A stretch of DNA of 64,000 bases from contig CAZSDU010000006.1 in the NCBI GenBank assembly GCA_964605775.1, positions 10,258 to 74,257 of the forward strand, written 5' to 3'. The notes beneath the pieces were generated by a model. It was given only the letters and a program-made list of their open reading frames with translations, had not been told where the DNA came from and did not search any database. Shown here piece after piece: positions 48,198 through 58,219 of this stretch (position 1 is the stretch's first letter; each line of letters starts with the position of its first letter). Origin of the DNA: an uncultured Prolixibacteraceae bacterium (GTDB lineage: Bacteria; Bacteroidota; Bacteroidia; Bacteroidales; FEN-979). A program made the position numbers and the translations under genes.

Positions 48198-49028
48198 TCA
48201 AGCTTCTTCCTCCAGGCATTTATTATATTGTGTCATGGCTTTGAGACTCATGGCCATACTTGAAAAACCCCCGTCATGAAAGATGTTTTGCATGGTAATT
48301 TTACGACTAAGATCCGATAGGAGAACGATGGAAAAGTCCGCACATTCTTCAGCTGTAGCATTGCCCAAAGGTGACATCCGCTCGGTAAAATCAACCAGCC
48401 CGTCAATTCCTTTAATTCCACTGCCCGCCGTAGTTCTTGTAGGTGATTGGGAAATGGTGTTTATCCTGATTTTTTTTTCACGGCCATAGATATACCCAAA
48501 ACTTCTGGCAATGGATTCCAGTAATGATTTTGCATCTGCCATATCATTATATCCATAAAGTGTTCTTTGTGCAGCGATATATGAAAATGCGAGCACCGAA
48601 CCCCATTCATTGATGGCATCCAGTTTCTTCGCGACTTGCAGTAGTTTATGAAACGACAATGCCGAAATATCAATCGTTCTTAGAAAGTAATCATAATCCA
48701 GATCATCATACTCTCTATGTTTTCTAACATTCAATGACATCCCAATAGAGTGCAGAACAAAATCGACTTTTCCGCCCAAGATATCCATTGATTGTTTAAA
48801 TACTTTTTCCAGGTCGTTGACACTGGTAGCATCGGCTGGAATGATTTCCGCATTACAAAGTTTTGCAAGTTCATGAATTTCACCGAATCTTAAGGCAACA
48901 GGAGTGTTTGAAAGGGTAAAAACCGCACCTTCTTCATGGGCTCTTATTGCTGTCTTCCAGGCGATTGACTTATGATCAAGAGCACCAAAAATGATTCCCT
49001 TTTTACCTGTCAGGAGATTGTATGCCAT
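48198..49028 (-). CDS. fabI: enoyl-[acyl-carrier-protein] reductase (NADH), FabI
   Basis: 276 aa. LTGKKGIIFGAL...SIAW, HSIGMS and YNDMADAKSLLES (Y-x6-K) are FabI-type SDR features. Confidence 0.8.
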   Translation of the reverse strand: MAYNLLTGKKGIIFGALDHKSIAWKTAIRAHEEGAVFTLSNTPVALRFGEIHELAKLCNAEIIPADATSVNDLEKVFKQSMDILGGKVDFVLHSIGMSLNVRKHREYDDLDYDYFLRTIDISALSFHKLLQVAKKLDAINEWGSVLAFSYIAAQRTLYGYNDMADAKSLLESIARSFGYIYGREKKIRINTISQSPTRTTAGSGIKGIDGLVDFTERMSPLGNATAEECADFSIVLLSDLSRKITMQNIFHDGGFSSMAMSLKAMTQYNKCLEEEA

Positions 49029-49069
49029 GAGATCTTTTTTTAAAGTAATGATTTAACTAACATTAATAT

Positions 49070-50725
49070 CTAACTATTAAGCAATTCTTTAGCAGTCTGT
49101 AAGGCTGCATTTGTCACCTTGTCATTGCTAAGCATTTTAGCTATTTCTTCCATGCGTTCTTTGGCTGACAATTGCTTAATATAAGAAGTTGTAAAATCTT
49201 GTTTTTCTGTTTTATATACTTTGTAATGCCATTCACCTTTTCCGGCAATCTGAGGAAGGTGAGTGATGGCTATGACCTGCATATGGCTTGACATTTTTTT
49301 CAGAATATCCCCAACCTTCCCAGCAATTTCTCCGGAAACTCCAATATCGATTTCGTCAAAAATAATGGTTGGGAGCAGGTTTTTCTGACTGACCATTGAT
49401 TTAATACAAAGCATCAATCTCGAACGTTCGCCTCCGGAGGCTATCTTTGATATTTCATTAGGTTCAACTCCTTTATTGGCACTAAAGAGAAAGTGAATTC
49501 TGTCAAGCCCATCTTTGCTTAGCTCAGGCTGAGATTTACATTCAATGATCAAATTTGCATTGTGCATACCTAATCGGGAAGATAATTTTACCATTTCTTT
49601 TTCAAATGCAGGGATTGCTTTTTTTCTGGCCTTGCTTATCATTTCTGCAGTTTTTAAAAGTCGAGTAGAGATATTCTCAATGGTAGATTTGACACGCTTT
49701 ATCTTTTCTTCCAAATATTCACCTTCAGATAATTTATTTTCAATATTATATTTGATGTTTAAAAGTTCATCAACAGTAGTTACTTTATGCTTCTTTTCAA
49801 GTTGATAAATTTGATCCAGACGGGTGGATGTGTTTTCGATTTCAGCAGGGTTGAAAAAGATCTTGTCATTGATTCTCTCTATGCTTGAAGCAATGTCCTT
49901 GATATCGATTAAATTACTTTGCAATCTTTCCTGAATATCTAAAATTGCTTCCTGAAAGCTGGAGACGGAATGCAGATGGTGAATGACTTCAGAAAGCCGG
50001 GAAAGAACATTAAACTCATCTTGAGCAAGAATTTCAGTGGATTTGTACAGACCTGATTTGATTTCTTCAGCATGGGTAAGCAGCTGAAGCCTGTGTTCTA
50101 ATTCATCCTGCTCCCCTATTTTTAGTTCAATGCGGTTCAATTCATGGAGTAAAAAGGAGAAATAATCTCTTTCTTCTCTGGCTTTAATATCCTTTTCCTG
50201 TAAGAAGTTTAATTCATTTTCGAATTTCTGAAGTTCAAGAAAGCCGGTTCTGTATTTTGCTACATCTTCCAAATGACCCGTATAACTATCCAGGACAGCC
50301 AGTTGAAAATTGGTGTCGTTGAGGGTAATGATTGCATTTTGCGAATGAATATTCACCAGTCTGTCTCCTAAATCCTTTAACACTGAAAGACCAACTGGTG
50401 AATCATTGATAAAAGCCCTTGATTTTCCCTGTGGATTGATTTCCCTTCGAAGAATGGCAATATTATCCTGATCAAGATCATGGGCAATAAAGAATTCATC
50501 AAGGTGATAATTTTCGATATTAAAAGTTCCCTCAATGATACACTTAAGGGATTTATTCAGAAGGACATTGCTGTCTGCACGTTGCCCGAGGATTAATGAC
50601 AATGCCCCCAGGATGATCGATTTTCCTGCTCCCGTTTCTCCTGTGATCACTGAAAAACCACGGCAGAAATCAATCTCAAGGTCGTGAATTAATGCATAAT
50701 TTTTGATGGCAAGTTTCTGGAGCAT
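49070..50725 (-). CDS. recN: DNA repair protein RecN
   Basis: 551 aa. The N-terminal Walker A is ITGETGAGKSII, the middle is coiled-coil, and the C-terminal ASGGERSRLML and IFDEIDIGVSG are the signature and Walker B. Confidence 0.9.
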   Translation of the reverse strand: MLQKLAIKNYALIHDLEIDFCRGFSVITGETGAGKSIILGALSLILGQRADSNVLLNKSLKCIIEGTFNIENYHLDEFFIAHDLDQDNIAILRREINPQGKSRAFINDSPVGLSVLKDLGDRLVNIHSQNAIITLNDTNFQLAVLDSYTGHLEDVAKYRTGFLELQKFENELNFLQEKDIKAREERDYFSFLLHELNRIELKIGEQDELEHRLQLLTHAEEIKSGLYKSTEILAQDEFNVLSRLSEVIHHLHSVSSFQEAILDIQERLQSNLIDIKDIASSIERINDKIFFNPAEIENTSTRLDQIYQLEKKHKVTTVDELLNIKYNIENKLSEGEYLEEKIKRVKSTIENISTRLLKTAEMISKARKKAIPAFEKEMVKLSSRLGMHNANLIIECKSQPELSKDGLDRIHFLFSANKGVEPNEISKIASGGERSRLMLCIKSMVSQKNLLPTIIFDEIDIGVSGEIAGKVGDILKKMSSHMQVIAITHLPQIAGKGEWHYKVYKTEKQDFTTSYIKQLSAKERMEEIAKMLSNDKVTNAALQTAKELLNS

Positions 50726-50739
50726 AAAAACAATTTATC

Positions 50740-51645
50740 CTATTTTGCATCAAGAATTGCCTGATATTTAGAGCTATTGGCAGGATCGATTTCTTTCAAC
50801 AGATTGGTTACATTCGTTTTTTCCATCGGAGGAACACGCTGGTCAGAATAAATATTCACAAATTCATCCCTTTTGGCATCAAAAACAAGTTGGAGGGCAT
50901 ATAAGCCCGGTTTGGCATTATAAACTTTCTGGAGCAGATTAAGACTTTCTGTCGTATTATTTCTTCCCTGATCAACTTTCTCGTACATCTGATCGAGTCC
51001 GAGACGATGAAAAGAATAAGCAAACTCTCTTAAACCGGAATTTGCCGGATTCATATAACCATTGATCAGCCAGTATCTGTTTTTATCATTTTCATATGCT
51101 TTCCATCCAGGTTCCTGGGCATTTTGAGCGGCATTCACCACTTCCTGAGCTTTTTCAAGGAAAGGAGATCCGCCGTTAAGGGAATACGAATCAAAATAAA
51201 GACCCAGTAATACATAGGAATAGTAAGCCATGAGGGAGGTTAAATTGGACGTAAAAGTGCCATCTGAATAATCCAGGGGTTGATATTCGACATACCTGAA
51301 TTGAATTCCTTTGTCAATATAGTTCAGCAGGACAGAGTTATAGGCTGTATTTAAAACGGGCCGACGTAAAACGACATTTAAATTGGCCCTGAATTCATCA
51401 GATCCAAGACGGTCAGTCACTGTCATTAACATTGTGCATTCTATTCTTTCTTCGGTTTTAAAATTATAATTGGACCATTTGCGGTTGTTCATGAACTCAA
51501 AAAGGGCATTTTGCAAGGTTTCAAAAATCTTTTTATCCGTTCCTTCAAGCTGGGGAGAGGTCACATTTATTGAACAATTAAATTCCTGGGAATGAAGATC
51601 AAGGAAAATCAGCAGAAACGCAAAAACGAATAATAGTTTTTTCAT
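50740..51645 (-). CDS. DUF4835 family protein (secreted)
   Basis: A signal peptide starts at MKKLLFVFAFLL (ATG at 51645, 1 nt after the coaBC stop). The position between coaBC and recN is the conserved Bacteroidota location of DUF4835. The track start at 51708 lies inside coaBC. Confidence 0.6.
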   Translation of the reverse strand: MKKLLFVFAFLLIFLDLHSQEFNCSINVTSPQLEGTDKKIFETLQNALFEFMNNRKWSNYNFKTEERIECTMLMTVTDRLGSDEFRANLNVVLRRPVLNTAYNSVLLNYIDKGIQFRYVEYQPLDYSDGTFTSNLTSLMAYYSYVLLGLYFDSYSLNGGSPFLEKAQEVVNAAQNAQEPGWKAYENDKNRYWLINGYMNPANSGLREFAYSFHRLGLDQMYEKVDQGRNNTTESLNLLQKVYNAKPGLYALQLVFDAKRDEFVNIYSDQRVPPMEKTNVTNLLKEIDPANSSKYQAILDAK

Positions 51646-51646
51646 A

Positions 51647-52861
51647 TCAGTCTGAATTAATATTCTGTTTTTGACCGCAGATAACATCAAAGATGTCGGA
51701 GGCAACATTCTTTTTCGATTTCAACACGCCATGAATGACATTACCTTTTTTATCTATGATTGTAATTCTATTGGTTGGACAATTGAATCCCTCACCTTTT
51801 ACATTTGCAGCATTCAATACAATAAAATCAAGGTTTTTAGTTTTCAGTTTCTTTCTTGCATTCTGAATTTCATTGTTTGTTTCCAAGGCAAAACCAACGA
51901 TGATTTGATGTTTTCTTTTCTGTTGACCAAGTTGATTGAGAATGTCAGGGGTAGGTAAAAGATCAAGATGCAAGGGTTTATTTTTTTTCTTAATTTTCTG
52001 CGACTGTGGTTCTTTTACTTTAAAATCAGCGACTGCAGCTGCCATCATAATGATATCAGCTGATTTTGACTCGCCGAGACAAGCCTGGTGCATCTCGTCT
52101 GCAGATTCAACATTGATTCTGGTAATGGATGGGTGATATACTGAAAGGTTTGTGGGGCCCGTGATCAGGAGAACTTCTCCTCCTCTTGAGGCCGCCTCTT
52201 CGGCCAAAGCGAAACCCATTCTGCCAGAGGAATAATTTCCAATAAACCTCACAGGATCAATCTTTTCATAAGTTGGTCCTGCGGTGATCAGAATTTTTTT
52301 TTTACCTAAACTCTTGTTTTGTTTAAAATGTGACTCAATGAGATGGAGGATAATTTCCGGTTCCTCCAGTCGTCCTGGTCCGGAAAGACCACTGGCCAAT
52401 TCTCCCACCTGAGGTTCAATGATGGTATTACCGTAGGAACGGAGTTGTGTAATGTTCTTTTGGGTTGAAGGGTGCAGATACATATCCATGTCCATTGCGG
52501 GTGCAATAAAGACCGGGCATTTGGCCGATAAATATGCCGTTATAACAAAATTATCGGCAATCCCATTTGCCATTTTTCCAAGTGAATTGGCGGTTACAGG
52601 AGCAAATAGCATAAGGTCTGCCCATTGTCCCAATTCCACGTGGTTATTCCAGCTACCGTTTTCAGGGTGGAAGGGTTCAACCATAACGGGATGTGAAGAC
52701 AAGGTCGCCAGGGTTAGGGGTGTCACAAAGTCTCTGGCGATGGGAGTCATGATAACTTTGATTTCAGCACCTTCTTTGATAAGCAGACGGATCAGCAAAG
52801 GGATTTTATAGGCAGCGATACTGCCAGTAATGCCAATGACTATTTTTTTTCCCTTTAGCAT
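51647..52861 (-). CDS. coaBC: bifunctional phosphopantothenoylcysteine decarboxylase / phosphopantothenate-cysteine ligase
   Basis: 404 aa. The N-terminal flavoprotein domain is ITGSIAAYK...PAMDMDM, and the C-terminal DFP domain is ITAGPTYEKIDPVRFIGNYSSGRMG. Confidence 0.9.
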   Translation of the reverse strand: MLKGKKIVIGITGSIAAYKIPLLIRLLIKEGAEIKVIMTPIARDFVTPLTLATLSSHPVMVEPFHPENGSWNNHVELGQWADLMLFAPVTANSLGKMANGIADNFVITAYLSAKCPVFIAPAMDMDMYLHPSTQKNITQLRSYGNTIIEPQVGELASGLSGPGRLEEPEIILHLIESHFKQNKSLGKKKILITAGPTYEKIDPVRFIGNYSSGRMGFALAEEAASRGGEVLLITGPTNLSVYHPSITRINVESADEMHQACLGESKSADIIMMAAAVADFKVKEPQSQKIKKKNKPLHLDLLPTPDILNQLGQQKRKHQIIVGFALETNNEIQNARKKLKTKNLDFIVLNAANVKGEGFNCPTNRITIIDKKGNVIHGVLKSKKNVASDIFDVICGQKQNINSD

Positions 52862-52879
52862 GGTGATTGTTTTGAAGAA

Positions 52880-53215
52880 TTAGAAATCTTCTGCTTTTTC
52901 CTTATGTGGATTTCTGAAGTACACTTCATCATTCAGGTATTCATGAATGGAGATCAGGGTCGGTTTGGGAAGATGTTCATAGTATTTCGCAATTTCAATT
53001 TGTTCACGATTTTCAAATACTTCTTCCAGGTTATCCGTTGTAGTGGCAAATTCAGAAATTTTCTGATTTAATTCTTCTTTCATTTCCAATCCGATCTGGT
53101 TGGCTCTTTTTGAAAGCACTGCCACCGTCTCATAAATATTGTTCGTCCCCTTTGTGAAATCTTCAATATTACGTGTAACGGCATTGAGTTCAGTTTTAAT
53201 TTTTTTGTAATCCAT
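52880..53215 (-). CDS. rpoZ: DNA-directed RNA polymerase subunit omega (Bacteroidota long form)
   Basis: 111 aa. NIYETVAVLSKRANQI is the omega core motif. The position between bamD and coaBC is conserved. Confidence 0.65.
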   Translation of the reverse strand: MDYKKIKTELNAVTRNIEDFTKGTNNIYETVAVLSKRANQIGLEMKEELNQKISEFATTTDNLEEVFENREQIEIAKYYEHLPKPTLISIHEYLNDEVYFRNPHKEKAEDF

Positions 53216-53219
53216 GGTT

Positions 53220-54059
53220 TTATAATGGTTTTGTTAATTGTTCTGTTTTTCTTTGATCCTTTTGATAGATCAACTCAAGTTCCTTTCTGGATTTTTCCTT
53301 TAAATCTTTTACTTCTGAAAGAAACTGACTTTCGGGATATTGACTTACAAATTCATTATATGCATTAATTGCTTTTAAATGTCTGTCTTTTTTCTTTTCC
53401 TCTATACTCTCTTTCGCGAATCGATGATAAGATTTAAAGATTAAAAAGAGGATTTCTTCTTTACGGCTGGTTCCCGGAAACTCTTTCAGAATATTGCTAA
53501 GCGCCTGGATTGCGGCAGCATAATCATCCATTCTGTAATACATTTTGGCTATCCGGTAATCCTTATGTTCGAGTTTTTCTCTGAGTTTATCAATCAGATC
53601 ATTGCATTCCGATACTCTTTTACTGCTGGGGTATATATTTGTAAAAAGCTGCAGATCCTTGATTGCATCGTAAGTGGTGGTCTGGTCGAGGGTAAAATCA
53701 GGGGAACTGAGATAATTACAATAGGCGCTCATGAATAAACATTCTTCAGCAAGCTGGGAATTAGGAAAATTGTTTGCGTATCTTTTAAAATAATAGGAAG
53801 CCAGGGTATAATCCTTCTGATTGTAATAACAATAAGCATAGGCATAATAAATCTTCTCTGATTTGTCTGTCGCCCTCATCACCCCTACCAGTTGATCAAA
53901 TAGCTGAAGTGCTTTGGAATAATCTTTTTCATTATAATATTTCATGGCAGCTTCATATTTTTCATCCACGGATCCATTTTTGACCAGTTTCTGAAAGCCG
54001 CATGAATTAAGGCTTACAATGAATAAAAAAGAAACAAGAATACGGAAGGTTAATTTCAT
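53220..54059 (-). CDS. bamD: outer membrane protein assembly factor BamD
   Basis: Lipoprotein signal MKLTFRILVSFLFIVSLNSCG followed by TPR-like repeats (YEAAMKYYNEKDYSKALQLF and others). The track start at 54074 is TTG, and the ATG is at 54059. Confidence 0.75.
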   Translation of the reverse strand: MKLTFRILVSFLFIVSLNSCGFQKLVKNGSVDEKYEAAMKYYNEKDYSKALQLFDQLVGVMRATDKSEKIYYAYAYCYYNQKDYTLASYYFKRYANNFPNSQLAEECLFMSAYCNYLSSPDFTLDQTTTYDAIKDLQLFTNIYPSSKRVSECNDLIDKLREKLEHKDYRIAKMYYRMDDYAAAIQALSNILKEFPGTSRKEEILFLIFKSYHRFAKESIEEKKKDRHLKAINAYNEFVSQYPESQFLSEVKDLKEKSRKELELIYQKDQRKTEQLTKPL

Positions 54060-54154
54060 GGCGCAAAGGTACAATTTTTCATTGAAATTTTGGTATTTTT
54101 GCCGGCGAAAGCATTATCTATTGTAACGTAACAATCAACAAAATCTTATCTACC

Positions 54155-55408
54155 GTGGATATTTTCGAAAAAGTAGTGAATCATATGGGGCCATTGGGTC
54201 AGCTCGCTGATTATGGATACGGGTATTATTTTTTTCCAAAACTTGAGGGGGAAATATCCAACCGTATGTTTTTCAGAGGAAAGCCTGTTCTGGTCTGGAG
54301 TTTAAATAATTATCTGGGGTTGGCCAATCACCCGGAAGTCAGGAAAGCTGATGCTGAAGCATCAGCAGCCTACGGTCTGGCATCCCCCATGGGAGCAAGG
54401 ATGATGTCGGGACAAACGGAATATCATGAAAAGCTGGAAAGGGAGCTTGCGGAATTTGAACATAAAGAATCTGCGTATCTGCTTAATTTTGGTTATATGG
54501 GCATGGTTTCCATCATCGACTCACTCCTCGACCGTCATGATGTAGTGGTTTATGATTCGGAATCGCATGCCTGTATTCTGGATGGTCTAAGGCTGCATAT
54601 GGGCAAACGTTTTGTTTTCCCGCATAACAATTTGGAAAAGTTTGAACAGCAGCTTAAACGTGCCCGGAAATTAGCCGATCAGAACAAGGGGGGAATACTG
54701 GTCATCACAGAAGGCGTTTTTGGTATGCCTGGAGATTTAGGAAATCTTAGCGGCATGTTACAGTTTAAAGACAAATATGGATTCAGGTTGTTGGTGGATG
54801 ATGCACATGGATTTGGCACCATGGGAAAAAATGGGTCCGGTACTTCTGAGGAGCAGGGAGTAGTTGATGGCGTTGATGTTTATTTTGGCACTTTTGCCAA
54901 AGCCATGGCAGGAATCGGTGCCTTTGTTGCCAGTGAAAAACGGATTATCAAAGCCTTGACATTCAATATGCGTTCACAGATTTTCGCCAAATCATTACCT
55001 ATGCCCATGGTTATTGGTTCCCTGAAACGCCTTGAATTACTCCGCAACCAGCCTGAATTAAAAGATAAATTATGGACCATTGTAAGGGCTTTGCAGCATG
55101 GATTACGGGAAAAGGGTTTCGACATTGGTCGTACCCAATCACCGGTAACCCCTGTTTTTCTGAAAGGTGGACTGGGTGAAGCCACACAGATCGTTGCAGA
55201 TTTACGGGAAAACTATGGTGTATTTTGTTCCATGGTAATTTATCCCGTTGTCCCAAAAGGAGTGATTATGCTGAGACTAATCCCTACTGCATCGCATACG
55301 CTTGAGGATGTAACTTATACCATAGATGCATTTTCCGAGGTCAGAAAAAAACTCGATGAAGGGAAGTATTCTTCGGGAGTTATTCCCGATGTTGCCGATA
55401 TTTATTAG
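54155..55408 (+). CDS. alpha-oxoamine synthase family PLP enzyme (serine palmitoyltransferase / 8-amino-7-oxononanoate synthase / Kbl-like)
   Basis: 417 aa with a GTG start. NNYLGLANHPEV, DDAHGFG and GTFAKAM (PLP-Lys) are present. Substrate cannot be assigned from the sequence alone. Confidence 0.8.
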   Translation: MDIFEKVVNHMGPLGQLADYGYGYYFFPKLEGEISNRMFFRGKPVLVWSLNNYLGLANHPEVRKADAEASAAYGLASPMGARMMSGQTEYHEKLERELAEFEHKESAYLLNFGYMGMVSIIDSLLDRHDVVVYDSESHACILDGLRLHMGKRFVFPHNNLEKFEQQLKRARKLADQNKGGILVITEGVFGMPGDLGNLSGMLQFKDKYGFRLLVDDAHGFGTMGKNGSGTSEEQGVVDGVDVYFGTFAKAMAGIGAFVASEKRIIKALTFNMRSQIFAKSLPMPMVIGSLKRLELLRNQPELKDKLWTIVRALQHGLREKGFDIGRTQSPVTPVFLKGGLGEATQIVADLRENYGVFCSMVIYPVVPKGVIMLRLIPTASHTLEDVTYTIDAFSEVRKKLDEGKYSSGVIPDVADIY

Positions 55409-55414
55409 CCATTC

Positions 55415-56470
55415 ATGGAGAGGGAATCGCATTCCACACGGGAACAGATTTATCGTATCTACCGGAGGGTTCGTTTCCTGATCAGGCGTACCTGGAAAAC
55501 AAAGACCAGCTTAATCATCTCTGAACAACCTGTACCTAAGAAGGAATTAACACTTCGGTACAGGATTTATCGGGTTTACAGAATACTCAGGTTTTTATGG
55601 CGAACGGGAGCGCTGACGACCGTACCGGTAAAAAATATCGCTGGTTCATTCAGGTTTACAGATTATCCGAAACGAACATATCTGGCCATCGGAATCAATT
55701 CTCTCGCCGTTTTTCTGATTACCTATCTTCTTGTTTATTTTTTAAGCCACCTGATCACAGCGCTTTCTGCTTCTGCATTCGGCATAAGAACTATATTATA
55801 CTATTATGATGTGGAATATCTGATCCGGGGTTATGACTGGACAGATGACGCAGTGAAAGCCGTATTCAGCAGCGCTCCCTTGTTTTCTTTGCTGTTTGCC
55901 CTATTGCTTTTGATCCTTTATCTTTATGTTGCTGCTGAGACGGGTTTACTGAGATTATTCGTATTGTGGACATTCTGTCATTTTATCCTCCGCTTTTTTG
56001 GTGATATGTTTGTGGGTGTCATCCTGGATGAAGGTTTCGGTTATGTAATCATGTATCTTTTTGTCATGGATACCGGGAAAATGATCCTCTGCCTATTTGC
56101 ATTTATATGCCTTTTCACGCTCGGTTATATGATGACACGATATTTCCTGTACTCAGGAAATTCATATTTTAACGCGATAAGGAGAAATAACAGGATCAGG
56201 TTTGTCCTTGCTCAGTTTATTCTGCCCATGATTCTCGGGAATATCATTATCATTCTCCTGAAGATTCCACAGATTACCCTGTTTGAAATATTCCTGAACG
56301 CTTCAATGCTCTTTTTACTTTTACCCGTATTATTAAGAAGCATCAATCTTCAGGATCTTTTCTTTGATGAAGACCCCAGAAAGGTGAAAATCGTTGTGAG
56401 ATATATTGTTATGGCAATACTACTTGGAATTGCTTTTCGGGTTGTATTGAGTATCGGGATCAATTTTTAA
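55415..56470 (+). CDS. polytopic membrane protein, hypothetical, with a duplicated basic N-terminal motif
   Basis: 351 aa. The N-terminus has two copies of YRIYR.VR.L.R.W.T, followed by about 8 TM segments. The gene starts 6 nt after the oxoamine synthase stop. Confidence 0.55.
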   Translation: MERESHSTREQIYRIYRRVRFLIRRTWKTKTSLIISEQPVPKKELTLRYRIYRVYRILRFLWRTGALTTVPVKNIAGSFRFTDYPKRTYLAIGINSLAVFLITYLLVYFLSHLITALSASAFGIRTILYYYDVEYLIRGYDWTDDAVKAVFSSAPLFSLLFALLLLILYLYVAAETGLLRLFVLWTFCHFILRFFGDMFVGVILDEGFGYVIMYLFVMDTGKMILCLFAFICLFTLGYMMTRYFLYSGNSYFNAIRRNNRIRFVLAQFILPMILGNIIIILLKIPQITLFEIFLNASMLFLLLPVLLRSINLQDLFFDEDPRKVKIVVRYIVMAILLGIAFRVVLSIGINF

Positions 56471-56497
56471 GCTTTCGCAATAGATCCGGGAACAATT

Positions 56498-58219
56498 TTA
56501 CCGTAATAAAAGCTTATCCTGGAAGATTTTTGATGTATTGGATAACTGAATAACATACATGCCTGACGGAAAACCATTACGATTTATCCTGATTTTCATA
56601 TCCTTCTGGTCCCCCTCAATTCTTTGCTGGTATTGAATCTTGCCGGTAATATCCATTATTGACAACAACCATCCCTGCGCATCACTGTACGGCAAATGCA
56701 GATCAAAACAGCCATCATTAGGGTTGGGAAAGATCATGAATTTCTGGATACTGTTTTCGGGCAGAGAAATGTTCAGGGGACGAAGTTGTACATCGAGGCG
56801 TAGCTGTTGCCGTTTTTGGATATTGATATCATTGATGGTTTTCGGGAAATATCCGGCTGCAGAAAAGGTTACACTATAAGTGCCCTGGTTGATGGGACGG
56901 GCATAGAAACCAGAAGGAAGTTTGGAATAGACAAAAGTACTGTCATTCTGAATATCGTGATTAAGTACAAAGACTTTTGCATGGAGTTTCTCTCCGGTTA
57001 CGGTGTCGGTAACGATTCCCTGAAATCCGTAGTTGGATTGCTCAATATAATTCAGGAAAGAGCGGTAATTATAGTTCCAATGAGCCATTAATTGAGATGC
57101 AGGTAAAAAATGAACTGTGGAAATCTCAATGGTGACTTCACGGCAATGTTGAAAGAAATTCATATAATCCTGCCGTCCTCCAAAAATTTGATACCAGGCA
57201 TATCCATTGGTTATTCCGTTATTAAGGTCATCAAAATACCCCGCAGGGCTATATTTTTGTGCAGTATCGGCATATTCTCTCCCAGTATATCGCCACCAGT
57301 TGTCATCCGGGGTTAATTTCGACCAGCGGTCCCAGGGGTAGTTATAGACTTCGATGCCCCCGTGAAAATTGGCTGCCATGACAAAATGGTTATTGCTGGC
57401 GTAGTCCATAAATCCAAGGGTTTCGGGTTGTTTTACTCCGGTATTCACCCCTCCCGGATCAGGAAAGTTTCGATTCAGGTCAACTCCGGCATAATTACCC
57501 CTGGTAGGATTGGTTATGGTCGAACCATTGCGGTAAGTTCCGTCAGGATTAGCGAGAGGGTTAATGAATATTTCTGTATTGTTAACGATATCGGTAATTC
57601 TTGGACTGACGCCATATCCCCTGACCAAGGAGTCGATAAGATGGAGCATAAGTACATAAGCTGTTGTTTCATCACCATGAATGCTGGAAGTATAAAAAAA
57701 TTCAGGTTCAGCTTCAGAAACATTAACAGAATCACTGATCTTAAGTGCAATGATTTTCCTTCCCAGAAGCGTACTTCCAATCGTATCCAGTCGGCAAAGT
57801 TCAGGATAGGCAGCTGCATAATAAAGCATTGTATCCAAGTATTGCTGATAGGTCGGATAGAAATTCCACAAACCGGCAGATTTCGAATACCCTTCCAGAA
57901 GTTGTGGATGTATCTCAGATTCAGGCAATATTCCACCCGGGTTGGGGAGAATGGTATAAGGAATATTCAGGTTTAGGAAAGATTCAAATTCAGTCTGGTT
58001 AGCATAGGCAAAAACTTCCTGGTCCCTGTAATTATCAATAGAGATTGTCCTTGTCAAAAGATCGAGTGCATTTCTGTCGTTCAGGGTAAATTTAAAATAA
58101 ACCTCTCCCCAGTCCCTAAAAATACTATCCGTTGTTTTCTGATCCATGGTTTGTGAGAAAAGATCCAGCGTAAAGAACGACAAGGTTAAGGTTAGCAGAA
58201 TGATCAGTAGGTGTTTCAT
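56498..58219 (-). CDS. M14-family zinc carboxypeptidase with a T9SS C-terminal sorting domain
   Basis: Signal peptide is present. SSIHGDETT is the HxxE zinc site and NFHGG carries the second His. The C-terminal FPNPNDGCFDLHL...GMYVIQLSNTSKIFQDKLLLR is a T9SS CTD. Confidence 0.8.
   Translation of the reverse strand: MKHLLIILLTLTLSFFTLDLFSQTMDQKTTDSIFRDWGEVYFKFTLNDRNALDLLTRTISIDNYRDQEVFAYANQTEFESFLNLNIPYTILPNPGGILPESEIHPQLLEGYSKSAGLWNFYPTYQQYLDTMLYYAAAYPELCRLDTIGSTLLGRKIIALKISDSVNVSEAEPEFFYTSSIHGDETTAYVLMLHLIDSLVRGYGVSPRITDIVNNTEIFINPLANPDGTYRNGSTITNPTRGNYAGVDLNRNFPDPGGVNTGVKQPETLGFMDYASNNHFVMAANFHGGIEVYNYPWDRWSKLTPDDNWWRYTGREYADTAQKYSPAGYFDDLNNGITNGYAWYQIFGGRQDYMNFFQHCREVTIEISTVHFLPASQLMAHWNYNYRSFLNYIEQSNYGFQGIVTDTVTGEKLHAKVFVLNHDIQNDSTFVYSKLPSGFYARPINQGTYSVTFSAAGYFPKTINDINIQKRQQLRLDVQLRPLNISLPENSIQKFMIFPNPNDGCFDLHLPYSDAQGWLLSIMDITGKIQYQQRIEGDQKDMKIRINRNGFPSGMYVIQLSNTSKIFQDKLLLR

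Noticed and set aside
52294-52303. Homopolymer tracts (T10 in coaBC at 52294-52303, T9 in fabI at 48470-48478, A9 at 22653-22661 and others) as slipped-strand phase-variation switches
   Set aside because: Most encode Lys runs (AAA codons) inside essential housekeeping genes of an AT-rich genome, or form the A-rich region expected upstream of Bacteroidota start codons. They are frequent throughout the window and are not associated with surface-variable genes.
57362-57976. 204-aa plus-strand ORF, along with many other 60-140-aa ORFs in the track (for example 4425-4820, 5031-5375, 10886-11302, 18090-18506, 25601-26053, 43894-44304, 44675-45091)
   Set aside because: Each lies entirely antisense to, or out of frame within, a gene with strong family motifs (M14 peptidase, pntB, DUF2961, C1 peptidase and others). 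Their translations are compositionally odd with no recognisable motifs. These are typical shadow ORFs.
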